A stretch of 64,000 bases of DNA, from positions 309,633 to 373,632 of the forward strand of contig CAWGLN010000002.1 in the NCBI GenBank assembly GCA_963823435.1, given 5' to 3'. The DNA comes from an uncultured Gammaproteobacteria bacterium (lineage in GTDB: Bacteria; Pseudomonadota; Gammaproteobacteria; Steroidobacterales; BM003). The notes under the pieces were generated by a model. That model did not search any database. It was not told the DNA's origin and saw only the letters and a program-made list of their open reading frames with translations. Below, piece by piece: positions 1 through 10,939 of the stretch. Numbering within the stretch: the stretch's first letter is position 1; every line of letters begins with the position of its first letter. The position numbers were made by a program, and so were the translations under genes.

Positions 1-2
1 AG

Positions 3-254
3 CAACAGGCGCAGACCGATGACTCCAATCCTGCTCAAGGCGAACAGCAGACAGGACAAGGCGAAAAAGGTGAAGGTGAGCAATCGCCGCTGGATGCGAT
101 GGACCAGGCGCAAAAGGACGAATCCGCCCAGGCAACCGAGCAATGGCTGCGAAGAATACCGGATGACCCGGGCGGTCTTTTGCGACGAAAATTTTACTAC
201 CAGTACCAGCAAAGGGCGCAAGAACCGCCTAACCAAGATGAGGAATTCTGGTGA
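3..254 (+). CDS. 3' end of Bat-operon VWA/TPR protein (BatB/BatC-like), partial
   Basis: Frame +3 reads a Q/E-rich tail ending EQWLRRIPDDPGGLLRRKF...W*, the typical C-terminus of these proteins; TGA overlaps the next GTG start. Confidence 0.8.
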   Translation, partial: QQAQTDDSNPAQGEQQTGQGEKGEGEQSPLDAMDQAQKDESAQATEQWLRRIPDDPGGLLRRKFYYQYQQRAQEPPNQDEEFW

Positions 255-1951
255 AAGTGACCGGACCAAAGCACATTAACGCCCTGCATGCCGGCCTGGC
301 CCTGCTGCTGCTGACCCTGTCGGGATCGCTGCATGCGGCGGTGAGCCTGAGCTCGGACCGAAATCCTGTGAGGGTGAACGAGTCGTTTACCCTGACCATA
401 CAACTTGACGGCCAGGAAACCGATGAGCCTGAGCTGGCTCCCCTGGCCGGCGTGCTGGACGTACTGGGTACGAGTCAGGAGACCCGCACTACCATCGTCA
501 ATCGGCAGATTCAAAGTGTCACATCCTGGCACGTCAGTGTGATGGCCAGGGAAGGTGGCAAGCTTGTGATCGCGCCAGTCAGGGTCGGCAAACAACAAAG
601 CAATGCATTGGAGATTACGGTGCAGGCTGCCGACAGCGGACCGCGCAGTGAGCAGAATATTTACCTGGAGGTGGATGCCCAACCTCGCTCTCCCTATGTG
701 CAACAGCAGGTGATCTATACGATCAGGCTGGTCGCGGCAGTTGTGACGGCGGATGAACGCCTGAGCGAGCCAAGGCTGTTATCCGGCGAGGCAGTAGTTG
801 AACAACTGGGTGACAGAAAGATATTTACCGTACAGCGGGGCAACCGGACCTTGCGGGTCATCGAATCCAGCTACGCCATATTCCCGCAGAAAAGCGGCCC
901 CCTCGAGCTGGACAAGATCCAGGCGCTGGTAAGAATATTCGACACCTCCAGTGGCCAATGGTCACTGCTGTCCCGCCGACCCAGCGAGTTCCGCCTGGAT
1001 GGGGACGGGCTGACACTTGAGGTGCGCCCGCTGCCTGCAAGCTATCCGGCCAATCACTGGTTACCGGCCGCCCGGCTGCAGCTGGAAGAGGGTGTCACCG
1101 ACGGGCCCTATCGGGTGGGTGAGCCATTCACCCGATCGGTACGCCTGCTTGCGCAGGGTCTGACCTCCGGACAATTACCGGAGATTCCATTGCCCGTACC
1201 GGCCACGCTGAAGGCCTATCCTGATCGACCGGTCTTCACCGACCAGGCCGGGCAGGACGGGCTCAGCGGCTCCCGTGAACAACGCATCGCCTACATTCCA
1301 GTGGCACCCGGTGAACTGGTCATTCCGGCCTTGCGCGTAGCCTGGTGGAACACCAACGAAGACCGTCTCGAATATGCTGAATTACCCAGGCGCGTGCTAA
1401 ACATACTGCCCCCGCTACAAACCGATGAAGCTCCCGGAACTTCGCAGACATACGGTAGCCAGATCGCACCCGGCCAGCTTGACAGCGCGCCGGTATGGAA
1501 AATCACTACCGCCCTGGCCGTGCTGGCCTGGCTGATCACCTTGCTGGCGTGGATGAGAGGCAAGAACCGGAACTCGACAGGACCCCAAAAGCCTGCTGCT
1601 GCACGCAAAACCCAGAGCCGCAAGGCTTTGCTCGCAGCGTTGCGCGCCGCCTGCCAGGCGGGCAATCCACGACAGGCGAAAGATAGTCTGCTCCGATATC
1701 TGCAAGCAGATTTTCCGGGTGTCAATGCTGTCCAGACCCTGGCCCGACTGGAGGCCAGGCAGCCGGGTCTGGCGCAAGAAATCAGCCAGCTGGACAGGAT
1801 TATCTTCGGACCCGCAGCGGACCCCGCGACCACTGGCTGGCGAGGCGATCGTTTATGGAAGCTGCTTGGCGAGGCCCTGGAGCAAGATGGTTCGGGTGAG
1901 CAGCGCGGCGGGCTGGCAGCTCTTTACCCGGAGCAGGGAGACCAGGTTTAG
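251..1951 (+). CDS. batD: BatD family protein
   Basis: 566 aa; signal peptide, 'DRNPVRVNESFTLTI', 'PYVQQQVIYTIRL', 'YPDRP', late TM helix, ends LAALYP. Confidence 0.85.
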   Translation: MKVTGPKHINALHAGLALLLLTLSGSLHAAVSLSSDRNPVRVNESFTLTIQLDGQETDEPELAPLAGVLDVLGTSQETRTTIVNRQIQSVTSWHVSVMAREGGKLVIAPVRVGKQQSNALEITVQAADSGPRSEQNIYLEVDAQPRSPYVQQQVIYTIRLVAAVVTADERLSEPRLLSGEAVVEQLGDRKIFTVQRGNRTLRVIESSYAIFPQKSGPLELDKIQALVRIFDTSSGQWSLLSRRPSEFRLDGDGLTLEVRPLPASYPANHWLPAARLQLEEGVTDGPYRVGEPFTRSVRLLAQGLTSGQLPEIPLPVPATLKAYPDRPVFTDQAGQDGLSGSREQRIAYIPVAPGELVIPALRVAWWNTNEDRLEYAELPRRVLNILPPLQTDEAPGTSQTYGSQIAPGQLDSAPVWKITTALAVLAWLITLLAWMRGKNRNSTGPQKPAAARKTQSRKALLAALRAACQAGNPRQAKDSLLRYLQADFPGVNAVQTLARLEARQPGLAQEISQLDRIIFGPAADPATTGWRGDRLWKLLGEALEQDGSGEQRGGLAALYPEQGDQV

Positions 1952-2004
1952 GGAATCTGATTATTCTGGGCGAAGTAGATTGTTAGCGAAAGTCATTCGA
2001 GGGA
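1952..2004 (+). repeat. Truncated left arm of ~160-bp palindromic repeat family
   Basis: GGAATCTGATTATTCTGGGCGAAGTAGATTGTTAGCGAAAG matches the left arm of full copies; begins right after the batD TAG. Confidence 0.75.
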
Positions 2005-2757
2005 CTAGCGGATCCGAGCTGATCCTGAGTCAGTCTTCGATCCCAGTGCGCCGGACCGCTTGGCGGCCGCCAGGCAAACCCTGGCCGTCTCCAGCAATTC
2101 ACTCTCGTTTTGCTGAGTGCTTGGCATCCGCACCGCCACGCCGGCGCTGAGCGTGACCTCCTGCGGCCCCATGCCGACACATTTCAGGGTCATTGCCTGG
2201 CGCAGGCGATCGGCAATCAGGCTTGCCCCTTCCAGATCCGTATCCGGCAGTAGCACGGCAAAGCGTTTACCTCCCAGGCGCGCCAACAAGTCCCCCGGGC
2301 GTTTGATCTGTTGGGAAATGATCTCGACGGCCTGGCGTAGCAAGGCGTCTCCGGCGTGATCCCCGAATCTGTCGGCATAGGATTCATAGCCGTCGAATTC
2401 TGTGAGCACCAGGGACAAGGGTGATCCTGTCCGCTCTGCCCGACCCCACTCCTGGCGAAGAATCTCATACAGAAAGCGCTGGTTTGCAGCACCTGTCAGG
2501 GGATCGTTTCTTGCACTTTTCCGAATTTGGCCCAGGGCCTCTTCCAGCTCTGCCTTTGCAGTATCGCGTTCGGCGCGTACACCGGACAGCTCTTTCTGCC
2601 GGTTGTTACCCCACGCCAAGAGCAAGCCCGCCAGGATCCAGGTCAGAAGAAAGGCAGGCACAAGCGCACTCTCGAAGGTGTTAAACAGCCAGCCAGCGCC
2701 AAGTATCAGCAAGGGTAGCGTAACAATCAGGGACCAGCGACTGACGGCTGAATTCAT
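2005..2757 (-). CDS. Membrane-anchored GGDEF-domain protein with degenerate active site
   Basis: Two TM helices, coiled coil, DPLTG, 'RPGDLLARLGGKRF', 'VTLSAGVA'. Confidence 0.85.
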   Translation of the reverse strand: MNSAVSRWSLIVTLPLLILGAGWLFNTFESALVPAFLLTWILAGLLLAWGNNRQKELSGVRAERDTAKAELEEALGQIRKSARNDPLTGAANQRFLYEILRQEWGRAERTGSPLSLVLTEFDGYESYADRFGDHAGDALLRQAVEIISQQIKRPGDLLARLGGKRFAVLLPDTDLEGASLIADRLRQAMTLKCVGMGPQEVTLSAGVAVRMPSTQQNESELLETARVCLAAAKRSGALGSKTDSGSARIR

Positions 2758-2871
2758 GTGTCGGAAAATAACGTCCACCAGGACCTGCCTCTAGACATAA
2801 TCAAGACAGCAGAATAAAGGGCGATAGTGAAACAAACAATGAAGGACGTCACAGTTGAGCGGAACCGCGGG

Positions 2872-5145
2872 TTACTTGGATAACAACCTTCGGCCCAGGC
2901 GCCGCACAAACGGAACACCCCTGGAGCGCTCTTTCTCCGCCTTTAATCGACGCTTGTGAGCGCGCATCGCCAACGCCGCCTGGGATCCGATCATGCTGTC
3001 TGTTTCCGCAGCAGGAATCCTCTGCCGGTAACTGCCATCACAGGCCATATCCCAGGCGTCTCGTTGATCCTGCATTTGGAGATCCAGTATTTCTTGTAAC
3101 TCCAGTTGGTGCGAGGGTTCAGATACAGGCACCAGCACTTCAACCCGGTTCTCCAGTTTGCGTCTCATACAGTCCGCCGAACCGATGTAGTACTCGGGTG
3201 TATTGCCGCCACCAAAATGATAGATACGCGAGTGTTCCAGGAAATTACCCACGATACTGACAACGCGTATGTTCTCGGACAAGCCCGGGATACCGGGTCG
3301 TATCCGGCAGGTATCCCGCACCAGCAGATCCACCTTGACCCCGGACAAGGATGCCCGGTACAAGGCTTTGCAAATCTCCATGTCTTCCAATGCATTCAGC
3401 TTGAGCTGTATCAAGCCCTGCCCTTGCTTGTTGGCAAATTTGATCTCGCGGTCGATTTTCTCCAGCAACGTCTTTTTCATGCTGGTGGGCGCCAATAACA
3501 ATTTCTGGTACTGGCGATTGCCAGGTTGTCCGGTCGTCAGGTAGTTGAATAACTGCCCAAGGTCGTCACCCAACCCGGGGTCACAGGTCAGCAGACCCAG
3601 GTCACCGTAGATCCGGGCAGTGCCTGCATGATAGTTGCCGGTGCCAAAATGGCAGTAGCGACGCAGTCCGTCGTAATCCCTGCGCACAACCAGGATGACC
3701 TTGCAGTGTGTCTTCAAGCCGACCACCCCGTAGGAAACGTGTATACCCGCCTCCTCAAGGTGCCTGGCCCATTCAATGTTGGCCTTTTCGTCGAAGCGTG
3801 CCTTTAGCTCCACCACCACCGCCACCTGTTTGCCGTTGCGGGCGGCGTCCACCAGGCCCTGCACTACCCGGGAATTGCGACCCGTGCGGTACAGGGACAT
3901 CTTGATCGCGCGCACCTTGGGGTCCTGGCTGGCGCTCTTGAGAAATCGTTCTATGGACGAGCTGAACGATTCATACGGGTGATGCAGGAGGATGGATCCT
4001 TTCTCCCGAATGCTATGAAAGATGTTTTTGTCCTGGGGCAGGTCAGGATGATCAATCGGGTGATGAGGCGGGTAACGCAGTTCCGGATAGTCCAGGCTGG
4101 CAAGGTCAATAAAGTCGGGTCGATCCAGGGGGGCTTCCACCTCTGTCACATCCGCTGATTGCTCCTTTAGTCCAAGCTCCGCCGCAAGAAATCCCCGGTG
4201 TTCCTCGCTCATGCCGGTGACCACGTCCATACAGACAACAGGCGCAAAATGCCTGTTGCGCAATTCAGATTCGATCATGGCAAGCAGGTCATCTGCCTTT
4301 TCCTCGTTGCGCTCGGTATTGGCATTACGTATCACGCGGAAGAATTCGCAACACTCTATAGGCATACCGGGAAACAACAGGTCCAGGTTATTCGCAATAA
4401 CCTGTTCCAGCGCCACGAAAACATCCTTGTCCCCCACCTTTATCAGACCCGGGATATCCGGTCCTATCGGCGCCTTGACCCGGTTCAACAGGGACGACCC
4501 GTCCGGCCCCCTGAGCGTGACCAGTAAATTGACTGACAGATTGGACACAAATGGAAACGGGTGTGCCGGATCAGAAGCCTGCGGCGTGACCAAGGGGAAA
4601 ATATTGCTGATGAAATGCTGGCGCAGCCAGGTTCGCTGCCCCTCATCCAACTCCCCGTAGGCAGCGAGAAAGATGCCGTGGACTTTCAACAGGTCACGCA
4701 GCTCAAACAGCAATTCGCGCTGGCGTGATCGCAACGTGTCCACCACCACCATGCACTCCTGCATCTGGCGTTCCGGCGTTCGGCCATCCTCGGTCAACTT
4801 GCGCAGACCCGCGCCGATCTGTTGTTTCAGACCACCGATACGTTTCATCAGGAATTCATCGAGGTTGGAGCCCACGATAGCCACAAAGCGCAGGCGTTCA
4901 AGCAGCGGCAACCTGGCGTCTTCAGCCTGGTGCAAGACACGCCAGCAGAAATTAAGCCAGGTTAGCTCGCGATTCAGGTAAAGATCAGGCGAGGACAGAT
5001 CGAAGCCATCAGGCCCGGCGCTGGGCCACTCCGGTGGCAGCCCCGGGGAAGGCGGCGTCGTACCACAGAATTGGGCCTGCTCAACGGTTGCCAGGGCCTG
5101 GTCGCCCGCGCCCGAATGATCATTGGATAGTACTGGTATGCCCAT
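2872..5145 (-). CDS. ppk1: Polyphosphate kinase 1 (start uncertain)
   Basis: YLNRELTWLNF, DPAHPFPF, HHPYESF, ELKARFDE, LEHSRIY motifs. Confidence 0.95.
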   Translation of the reverse strand: MGIPVLSNDHSGAGDQALATVEQAQFCGTTPPSPGLPPEWPSAGPDGFDLSSPDLYLNRELTWLNFCWRVLHQAEDARLPLLERLRFVAIVGSNLDEFLMKRIGGLKQQIGAGLRKLTEDGRTPERQMQECMVVVDTLRSRQRELLFELRDLLKVHGIFLAAYGELDEGQRTWLRQHFISNIFPLVTPQASDPAHPFPFVSNLSVNLLVTLRGPDGSSLLNRVKAPIGPDIPGLIKVGDKDVFVALEQVIANNLDLLFPGMPIECCEFFRVIRNANTERNEEKADDLLAMIESELRNRHFAPVVCMDVVTGMSEEHRGFLAAELGLKEQSADVTEVEAPLDRPDFIDLASLDYPELRYPPHHPIDHPDLPQDKNIFHSIREKGSILLHHPYESFSSSIERFLKSASQDPKVRAIKMSLYRTGRNSRVVQGLVDAARNGKQVAVVVELKARFDEKANIEWARHLEEAGIHVSYGVVGLKTHCKVILVVRRDYDGLRRYCHFGTGNYHAGTARIYGDLGLLTCDPGLGDDLGQLFNYLTTGQPGNRQYQKLLLAPTSMKKTLLEKIDREIKFANKQGQGLIQLKLNALEDMEICKALYRASLSGVKVDLLVRDTCRIRPGIPGLSENIRVVSIVGNFLEHSRIYHFGGGNTPEYYIGSADCMRRKLENRVEVLVPVSEPSHQLELQEILDLQMQDQRDAWDMACDGSYRQRIPAAETDSMIGSQAALAMRAHKRRLKAEKERSRGVPFVRRLGRRLLSK

Positions 5146-5241
5146 AAACCTGACCCGACTCAAAGGATGAAAAGTGTAACACTTCCAGCAACAGCCACTG
5201 CAGCGCTTTTCAGCGCCACCCAGGACTCGCTGAACCTTCGA

Positions 5242-6030
5242 TCAGGGCAAACCCGGGGCCATGGCGCACACTTCCGGTAAAGCCGCCTTGAGCAGGTGTT
5301 CAAGGCGCTCCATGGCCATAACCAGGAAGGTGTCCATCTGGGTATGGATGTCAGCCTCCCCCCTGCCGGCCGCACGATTCACGCCCAGTGCGATACACAC
5401 GTAGCTCATACCCAGTTCTCGCGCCAGGGCGGCCTCAGGCATGACGGTCATGCCGACCAGGTCACAGCCGTCGCGCTCCATCCGGTCGATTTCCGCGGCG
5501 GTTTCCAGGCGCGGACCCTGGGTGGCCCCGTAACAGCCCTTATCCACCATGGGAATACCGGCATGCTCAGCAGCTGTTTTGAACAGGCTACGCAGTTGCG
5601 GGCAAAAGGGTTGTGTGAAATCCACGTGCTGAAGTGGTTCGCCAGAACCATCGAAATAGGTGTGCTCACGGCCATAGGTATAGTCCAGGATCTGGTCGGG
5701 CATCATCAACGAACCCGGTTCGAAGTCGGACCGGATAATCCCGACTGCGTTTACCGCAATGACTCGCCCGACGTTGGCCTGTCGCAGGGCCCACAGGTTG
5801 GCCCGGTAATTAACCTTGTGTGGCGGGATGGTGTGACCGTAACCATGACGCGGCAGAAATATCACGGGCTGACCCCACAGTATCCCGCGGCTCAACGGAC
5901 CCGATGCCTCACCGTAAGGCGTGGTGATCAACTCATGCCGAAGGTCCTGCATATTCTGCAAGCTGGCCAGACCCGTACCGCCAATAATGGCCACCTCGCA
6001 CGGCTGGCTGGGGTTGGCAAACTGGTTCAT
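5242..6030 (-). CDS. S-methyl-5'-thioinosine/thioadenosine phosphorylase (MTAP family)
   Basis: AIIGGTG, LPRHG..HTIPPHKVNYRAN, QGPRLETAAE, VGMT. Confidence 0.9.
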   Translation of the reverse strand: MNQFANPSQPCEVAIIGGTGLASLQNMQDLRHELITTPYGEASGPLSRGILWGQPVIFLPRHGYGHTIPPHKVNYRANLWALRQANVGRVIAVNAVGIIRSDFEPGSLMMPDQILDYTYGREHTYFDGSGEPLQHVDFTQPFCPQLRSLFKTAAEHAGIPMVDKGCYGATQGPRLETAAEIDRMERDGCDLVGMTVMPEAALARELGMSYVCIALGVNRAAGRGEADIHTQMDTFLVMAMERLEHLLKAALPEVCAMAPGLP

Positions 6031-6635
6031 GATTCCTCCTCCAGCGCGTAAATCGCGGGAAGCTGTCGAAAATATTCCTGGTAGTCCATGCCGCAGCCAA
6101 ACACATAGCGGTCGGGCACCTCAAGACCAACGTAATCGGGTTCGAGCCCGCCGACCTTCCGCTTATGAATCTTGTTCACCAGTACCGCAATACGGATGCT
6201 GCGAGGTTGTTCGAGCAACAGGGCCGCCCTTACTGCCGACAGGGTAATTCCCTCATCCAGAATGTCATCCACGATAATCACATCCCGATCCTTGAGGTTT
6301 TCCCCTGGACGCGCCAGCCAGTGCAACTCGCCACCGCGTGTACCGCTGCGGTAACGGGTCGCGTGCAGATAGTCCAGTTGAACAGGCATCTCCAGGCGTT
6401 GCGCCAGCCAGGCCATGGGCATGACACCGCCCACCATCACCCCCACCAGCACCGGAATGCATCCCGCGTAGTCGTCCTGTATCTGCGCGGCCATGCGGTC
6501 CAGGGCTTCCGATACCTGGCTTGCACTGGCAAGGCAATCGGCCTTGTCAAAAATCTGCCGAAGCTGCTCCGGGGTTTTTTTCTTGCTCTGGGTCATCGAT
6601 GACTTCCTGGCTGGCCGGCGTGGCTCGGGACTCAT
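6027..6635 (-). CDS. hpt: Hypoxanthine-guanine phosphoribosyltransferase (start may be 6596)
   Basis: PRPP-binding IVDDILDEGITL; YVFGCGMDY. Confidence 0.9.
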   Translation of the reverse strand: MSPEPRRPARKSSMTQSKKKTPEQLRQIFDKADCLASASQVSEALDRMAAQIQDDYAGCIPVLVGVMVGGVMPMAWLAQRLEMPVQLDYLHATRYRSGTRGGELHWLARPGENLKDRDVIIVDDILDEGITLSAVRAALLLEQPRSIRIAVLVNKIHKRKVGGLEPDYVGLEVPDRYVFGCGMDYQEYFRQLPAIYALEEES

Positions 6636-7679
6636 TCAGGCGTCCAGTTTCAGTGCCGGAGTGACCCCGCTTTCCGCAATCAGGCGACTGGCCGATTGCC
6701 ATTGTGTCGAGGCGCGAAGGTCTTCAAGACCTATTTGTTGCCTGCCATGCAAGCGCGTCAGGCGTAATTGAGCCGGAGGATTTTGATACTCGCCAAATTT
6801 TTCGATCACCTCCAGCACAGCGTCCCGATTATTGCAGATCGGCACCATGTCGCAACCGCAATCCAGCGCCTTGCGCAGGCGCTCCGGCATATCACCCGCC
6901 ACCGCAGCAGCAGCCATACTCAGATCATCACAAAACACCGCTCCACGAAAATCCATTTCCCCGCGTAATACCCGCTTGATCCAGTATTCGGAAAGGCTGG
7001 CTGGCCAAAGGTCAAGCTCGGCATACACCACGTGAGCCATCATGACCGAGCAAACACCCCAGTTGACCAGTCGCTCGAACGGCAGCATATCCTCACGCAA
7101 GTCAGCCTCGCGACGCCGGTCGACCGGAAGTTTGTGGTGGGAATCCGCCGCCACCGCACCATGACCCGGGAAGTGCTTGATCGTGGCTTCCATTCCCGCC
7201 CTGCGCATCCCCCTTGCATACGCCCTGGCCAGGTCCGCCACCGCATCCGGATCGCGATGGAAGGCACGATCACCAATCACCTCCGACACACCCCAGTCCA
7301 GGTCAAGCACTGGCGCGAAACTGATGTCCACTCCGATTGCGCGCAATTCAGCCGCCATCAGCCAACCACTGACCTCGGCCAGTTCCTTTCCTCGCTGTGG
7401 GTCCATGTCATATTGGTGACCAATCACATGCACAGGTGGCAGGTGGGTAAGGCCTTCGCGGAATCGTTGCACCCTGCCACCTTCGTGATCTACCGCCACC
7501 AACAAGGCAGGAGAACGAACGGCGTGAATACTGCTGACCAGATCCCTGATCTGTTCCGGATTCTCATAATTCCTGCTGAACAGAATCACACCGCCTACCA
7601 GCGGATGCGCAAGCAGATCCCGGTCGGCGGAGGTCAGCGTGGTCCCCGCCACATCGATCATCAACGGACCCAGGGTCAT
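6636..7679 (-). CDS. nagZ: Beta-N-acetylhexosaminidase (GH3)
   Basis: [18 protein letters not shown]...DSH, DDLSM. Confidence 0.95.
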   Translation of the reverse strand: MTLGPLMIDVAGTTLTSADRDLLAHPLVGGVILFSRNYENPEQIRDLVSSIHAVRSPALLVAVDHEGGRVQRFREGLTHLPPVHVIGHQYDMDPQRGKELAEVSGWLMAAELRAIGVDISFAPVLDLDWGVSEVIGDRAFHRDPDAVADLARAYARGMRRAGMEATIKHFPGHGAVAADSHHKLPVDRRREADLREDMLPFERLVNWGVCSVMMAHVVYAELDLWPASLSEYWIKRVLRGEMDFRGAVFCDDLSMAAAAVAGDMPERLRKALDCGCDMVPICNNRDAVLEVIEKFGEYQNPPAQLRLTRLHGRQQIGLEDLRASTQWQSASRLIAESGVTPALKLDA

Positions 7680-8185
7680 ACCTTTTCCTCCAAGATCGTC
7701 ACCCGCGTACCGGGTTCCACCATGGCATACAATTCGATTACATCTTTGTTGCGCATGCGTATACAACCATGTGACGCGGGGACTCCCATCGGTTGGCTAT
7801 CCGGTGTGCCATGGATATAGATATATCGCCGCATACTGTCCACCGATCCCAATCGGTTGAACCCCGGTTGCTTGCCACACAGCCAGAGAATACGGCTGAG
7901 TATCCAGTCCCTCTCGGGGTATTGCCGGGCAAATTCCTCGGAGTAAATTTCGCCGCTGGGTCTGCGCCCGACGAGGACCGCGCCTGGCGATAATCCCCGA
8001 CCGATGCAGGCGCGGATATAATGCTCTCCCCTGGGTGTCTGAAAACTGCCGGCCCGCTCGCCTGCACCTTTGCTGGCAGTGGAAACCGGAAAGGCAATCG
8101 GCTCCATCCCCGGCCGCAATACCGTCAGGATCTGCCTGGCCAGGTCTACCTGGATTCTCACTTGTTTATTTGGCGTTGCATGCAT
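7676..8185 (-). CDS. L,D-transpeptidase family protein
   Basis: IYIHGT...ASHGCIRM (YkuD motif). Confidence 0.9.
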   Translation of the reverse strand: MHATPNKQVRIQVDLARQILTVLRPGMEPIAFPVSTASKGAGERAGSFQTPRGEHYIRACIGRGLSPGAVLVGRRPSGEIYSEEFARQYPERDWILSRILWLCGKQPGFNRLGSVDSMRRYIYIHGTPDSQPMGVPASHGCIRMRNKDVIELYAMVEPGTRVTILEEKV

Positions 8186-8190
8186 CGGCT

Positions 8191-8679
8191 TCAGGGTTTG
8201 TGCGGCGTTTCGGACCAGTGTAAATAAGGATGTTCAGACAGGTTGCTATTGTAAAAACGGGCATCATGAGTGACCTCCGCCCCTAACCAGGACGGCGTAT
8301 CGAATTCCTGATCCTCGCGTTCAAGTTCGAGCTCGGCAGTTACCAGGCCATCGTTATCCCCATGGAAGACGTCCAGCTCCCAGGTATTCTGTCCGTCCCC
8401 AACCCAGTAGCGAGTCTTGGTCACAATTGCCTGTCGGGTCAACCGCTCGAGCATCTCACGCCCCTCCGCCACCGGCACCGGGTACTCATACTCAAGCCTG
8501 GTCATGCCGGGATTCGCACTCTTGATAGTCAACCAGGCCTGATCCCCGGCAACCCTCACCCGAACCGAGGCCTTGCCTGCCCCGCCAAGATACCCCTGGG
8601 CCATATCCAGGCTTCGGCTGACCCGCTTTTGCCATTGATTGTTTGCCACCAGGAATTTGCGCTCGATCTCTTGGCCCAT
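8191..8679 (-). CDS. CYTH-domain protein
   Basis: [23 protein letters not shown]. Confidence 0.9.
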   Translation of the reverse strand: MGQEIERKFLVANNQWQKRVSRSLDMAQGYLGGAGKASVRVRVAGDQAWLTIKSANPGMTRLEYEYPVPVAEGREMLERLTRQAIVTKTRYWVGDGQNTWELDVFHGDNDGLVTAELELEREDQEFDTPSWLGAEVTHDARFYNSNLSEHPYLHWSETPHKP

Positions 8680-8680
8680 G

Positions 8681-8845
8681 GGTGAACCCTGAATTGAAGT
8701 AGTACAAATTGTAAGCGAAAAAGGTAAGCGAAAAAGTTCCGATTCAGAACGCCAAACGCCGGTGAGCCGGGCCAGAAAAGTTTCGCCGTGCTGACGCTGG
8801 ATTTTTTTCCAAAGACATCGCGTGCATAAGTTACCGGGTGTTCCC
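8681..8845 (+). repeat. Strongly decayed copy of ~160-bp palindromic repeat
   Basis: ATTGTAAGCGAAAAAG..GATTCAGAACGCC and GCTGGATTTTTTT..AAGACA..GTGCATAA align loosely to the family; has a local GTAAGCGAAAAAG duplication. Confidence 0.5.
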
Positions 8846-8850
8846 CCGCA

Positions 8851-10167
8851 CTAATCCATGACAAACAAACCCATGGTTTCCACATGCAGCGTATGCGGGA
8901 ACATATCCATTACGCCCACTGCCTCAAGACGGTATCCCAGGCTGCCCGTAAGCACCTCTGCATCTTGCACAAAACTTTCCGGACCGCAGGACACGTACAC
9001 CACTCGCCGGGCGCCGAGCACCGGCAGATGCTTCAGCACCTGGGCCGCACCGGCCCGCGGTGGATCAAGCAAGACCCGGTCGAACTGACCGTCCAGCCAG
9101 TCGCCGGTTACCGGTTCCTGGTACAAATCACCCTGCTCGAAACGCACGTTTTCCAGGCCGTTGCGTTCGGCATTGAGGCCTGCTCGCACGATCAGGCCCG
9201 CATCCGAGTCGACCCCGGTAACCTGGCCGGCGCCCCGGCCCAGCGCGAGACTGAAATTTCCCATGCCGCAAAACAGATCCAGCACCCGGCTGTCCGGTTG
9301 ACATTCCAGCAGTTCGACAGCGCGAGTCACCATGGCCCGGTTGACCTGGGCATTGACCTGTACAAAATCGTTGGGCCTGAAGACCATTTCAAGATCAAAA
9401 TCCGGAAGTCGATAAACCAACTCGGGTTGATCCGCATGCAAGGGACTCACCGTCTCCAGACCCCCGCTTTGAAGGAATACCTGCACATCGTGGGTCCGCG
9501 CAAACCCTTCAAGTTCAGACAAGTCCTCGGCCGATGGCTTTTCCAGCACCCGGAACACCATGGCAGTGGCGTTTTCGGCCTGGGCCACTTCTATCTGCGG
9601 CAGGGCGGCGCGTATATCCAGCCTGCCCACCAGTTCGCTCAAGGTTTCCAGCAAGCCACCGGTAGGTCCGTCCAGTATTTCGCAACGATGACAATCGCAT
9701 ATGTACGGCGTGCTGCGTTCCCGAAATCCTACCAGCACACGACCCTTGGCCGGCACGTCCTTGACGCCCAGTCTCGCGCGACGGCGGTAACCCCAGGTGC
9801 TGGAGGTGATCGGCTCAAGCAGGCGCCCGAAGTGCACTCCCTTCTCACCCAGGTCGTCCAGCAACAGGCTCTGCTTCCAGGCAAGCTGGGCTGTCGAATC
9901 CATATGCTGCAACCGGCAACCGCCGCAATCACCGTAAGCTTCGCAGCGCGGCGTCACGCGATCTGCCGAGGGGACCAGCACGCTCTGCACACGCGCCTCC
10001 ATCCTGCCGCGGCTCTTGCGGTAGGGTTCGACGACCACCTGCTCACCAGCCAGGGCATCTTCAACCAGGTACTCGGCCCCCTCCACCTGCATACGCCCAC
10101 GGCCATCCGGTCTGAGCGATCGAATCCGACCGGTGACGGGTGCTTGATGACGCTGACGTCTACCCAT
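8851..10167 (-). CDS. rlmD: 23S rRNA (uracil-1939-C5)-methyltransferase
   Basis: TRAM domain, CxxxxxCGGC, FVQVN, LDLFCGMGNF, LDPPRAGA, YVSC, DMFPHT. Confidence 0.93.
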   Translation of the reverse strand: MGRRQRHQAPVTGRIRSLRPDGRGRMQVEGAEYLVEDALAGEQVVVEPYRKSRGRMEARVQSVLVPSADRVTPRCEAYGDCGGCRLQHMDSTAQLAWKQSLLLDDLGEKGVHFGRLLEPITSSTWGYRRRARLGVKDVPAKGRVLVGFRERSTPYICDCHRCEILDGPTGGLLETLSELVGRLDIRAALPQIEVAQAENATAMVFRVLEKPSAEDLSELEGFARTHDVQVFLQSGGLETVSPLHADQPELVYRLPDFDLEMVFRPNDFVQVNAQVNRAMVTRAVELLECQPDSRVLDLFCGMGNFSLALGRGAGQVTGVDSDAGLIVRAGLNAERNGLENVRFEQGDLYQEPVTGDWLDGQFDRVLLDPPRAGAAQVLKHLPVLGARRVVYVSCGPESFVQDAEVLTGSLGYRLEAVGVMDMFPHTLHVETMGLFVMD

Positions 10168-10168
10168 A

Positions 10169-10939
10169 TCAACGCACCCAGGCGGCAAGAAACTCTTGCA
10201 GGTGCGGTTTGCCGTCTTCGGTCAGGGAGGAGCGGACGACTTCGCATTCGGCCTGGTACTCGGCCGGGTTCACATTCCCGCGCATACGCTCAAATGCAAG
10301 GTAGATAAGATAGGTATTGAGCACGTCGGTCTCGCAGTAATTGCGAATACCGGCGATGTCACCCTGCAAATAGCTGTCCCATACCTTCGATCCGCTCATA
10401 CCCAGCTTGCCCGGGAAACCCAACATCAAGGCAATCTCATCCAGCGGAGCCCTTGAACGGCCCTGAAAACCCGACAGCACGTCCATCAGGTCGATATGTC
10501 GCCAGTGAAAACGACTCAGGTAATTGTTCCAGCGGAAACTCTGATCCGAGTCCCCCATCTCCCAGTATCGGGACGCATCGATACCAAATTTGAGCGCCCG
10601 GTAATGCAGGACAGGCAGGTCAAATCCCGATCCATTCCAGGAAATCAAATCCGGCGAATACTTCGCCAGCCCATCGAAAAAACGCCGGACGATTTCGTCT
10701 TCACTCGCATCAGGATCACCCAGTGACCAGACGCGAAAGCCCGAAGCACTGCGGTAAGCCACCGAGATAGCCACGACCCTGTGCTGATGCAGGGGCAGAA
10801 AATCGCTGCCGGTTGCCTGCATGCGCTTGTTCATCATGGCGTGGGCTACATCCTCATCGGAGAGCCCCCCAAGACCATACAACGCACGCCCCAGTTCCAC
10901 GTCGGGAACGGTCTCGATATCAAATGCAAAACAATTCAC
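10169..10939 (-). CDS. 3'-5' exonuclease (PolB-exonuclease-like)
   Basis: [29 protein letters not shown]. Confidence 0.88.
   Translation of the reverse strand: MNCFAFDIETVPDVELGRALYGLGGLSDEDVAHAMMNKRMQATGSDFLPLHQHRVVAISVAYRSASGFRVWSLGDPDASEDEIVRRFFDGLAKYSPDLISWNGSGFDLPVLHYRALKFGIDASRYWEMGDSDQSFRWNNYLSRFHWRHIDLMDVLSGFQGRSRAPLDEIALMLGFPGKLGMSGSKVWDSYLQGDIAGIRNYCETDVLNTYLIYLAFERMRGNVNPAEYQAECEVVRSSLTEDGKPHLQEFLAAWVR

Noticed and set aside
8884..10308. Long antisense ORFs (e.g. 474 aa opposite rlmD, 428 aa opposite sdhA, 406 aa opposite dnaE, 388 aa opposite rpsB)
   Set aside because: Shadow ORFs expected from GC-rich codon bias on the coding strand; no recognisable motifs.
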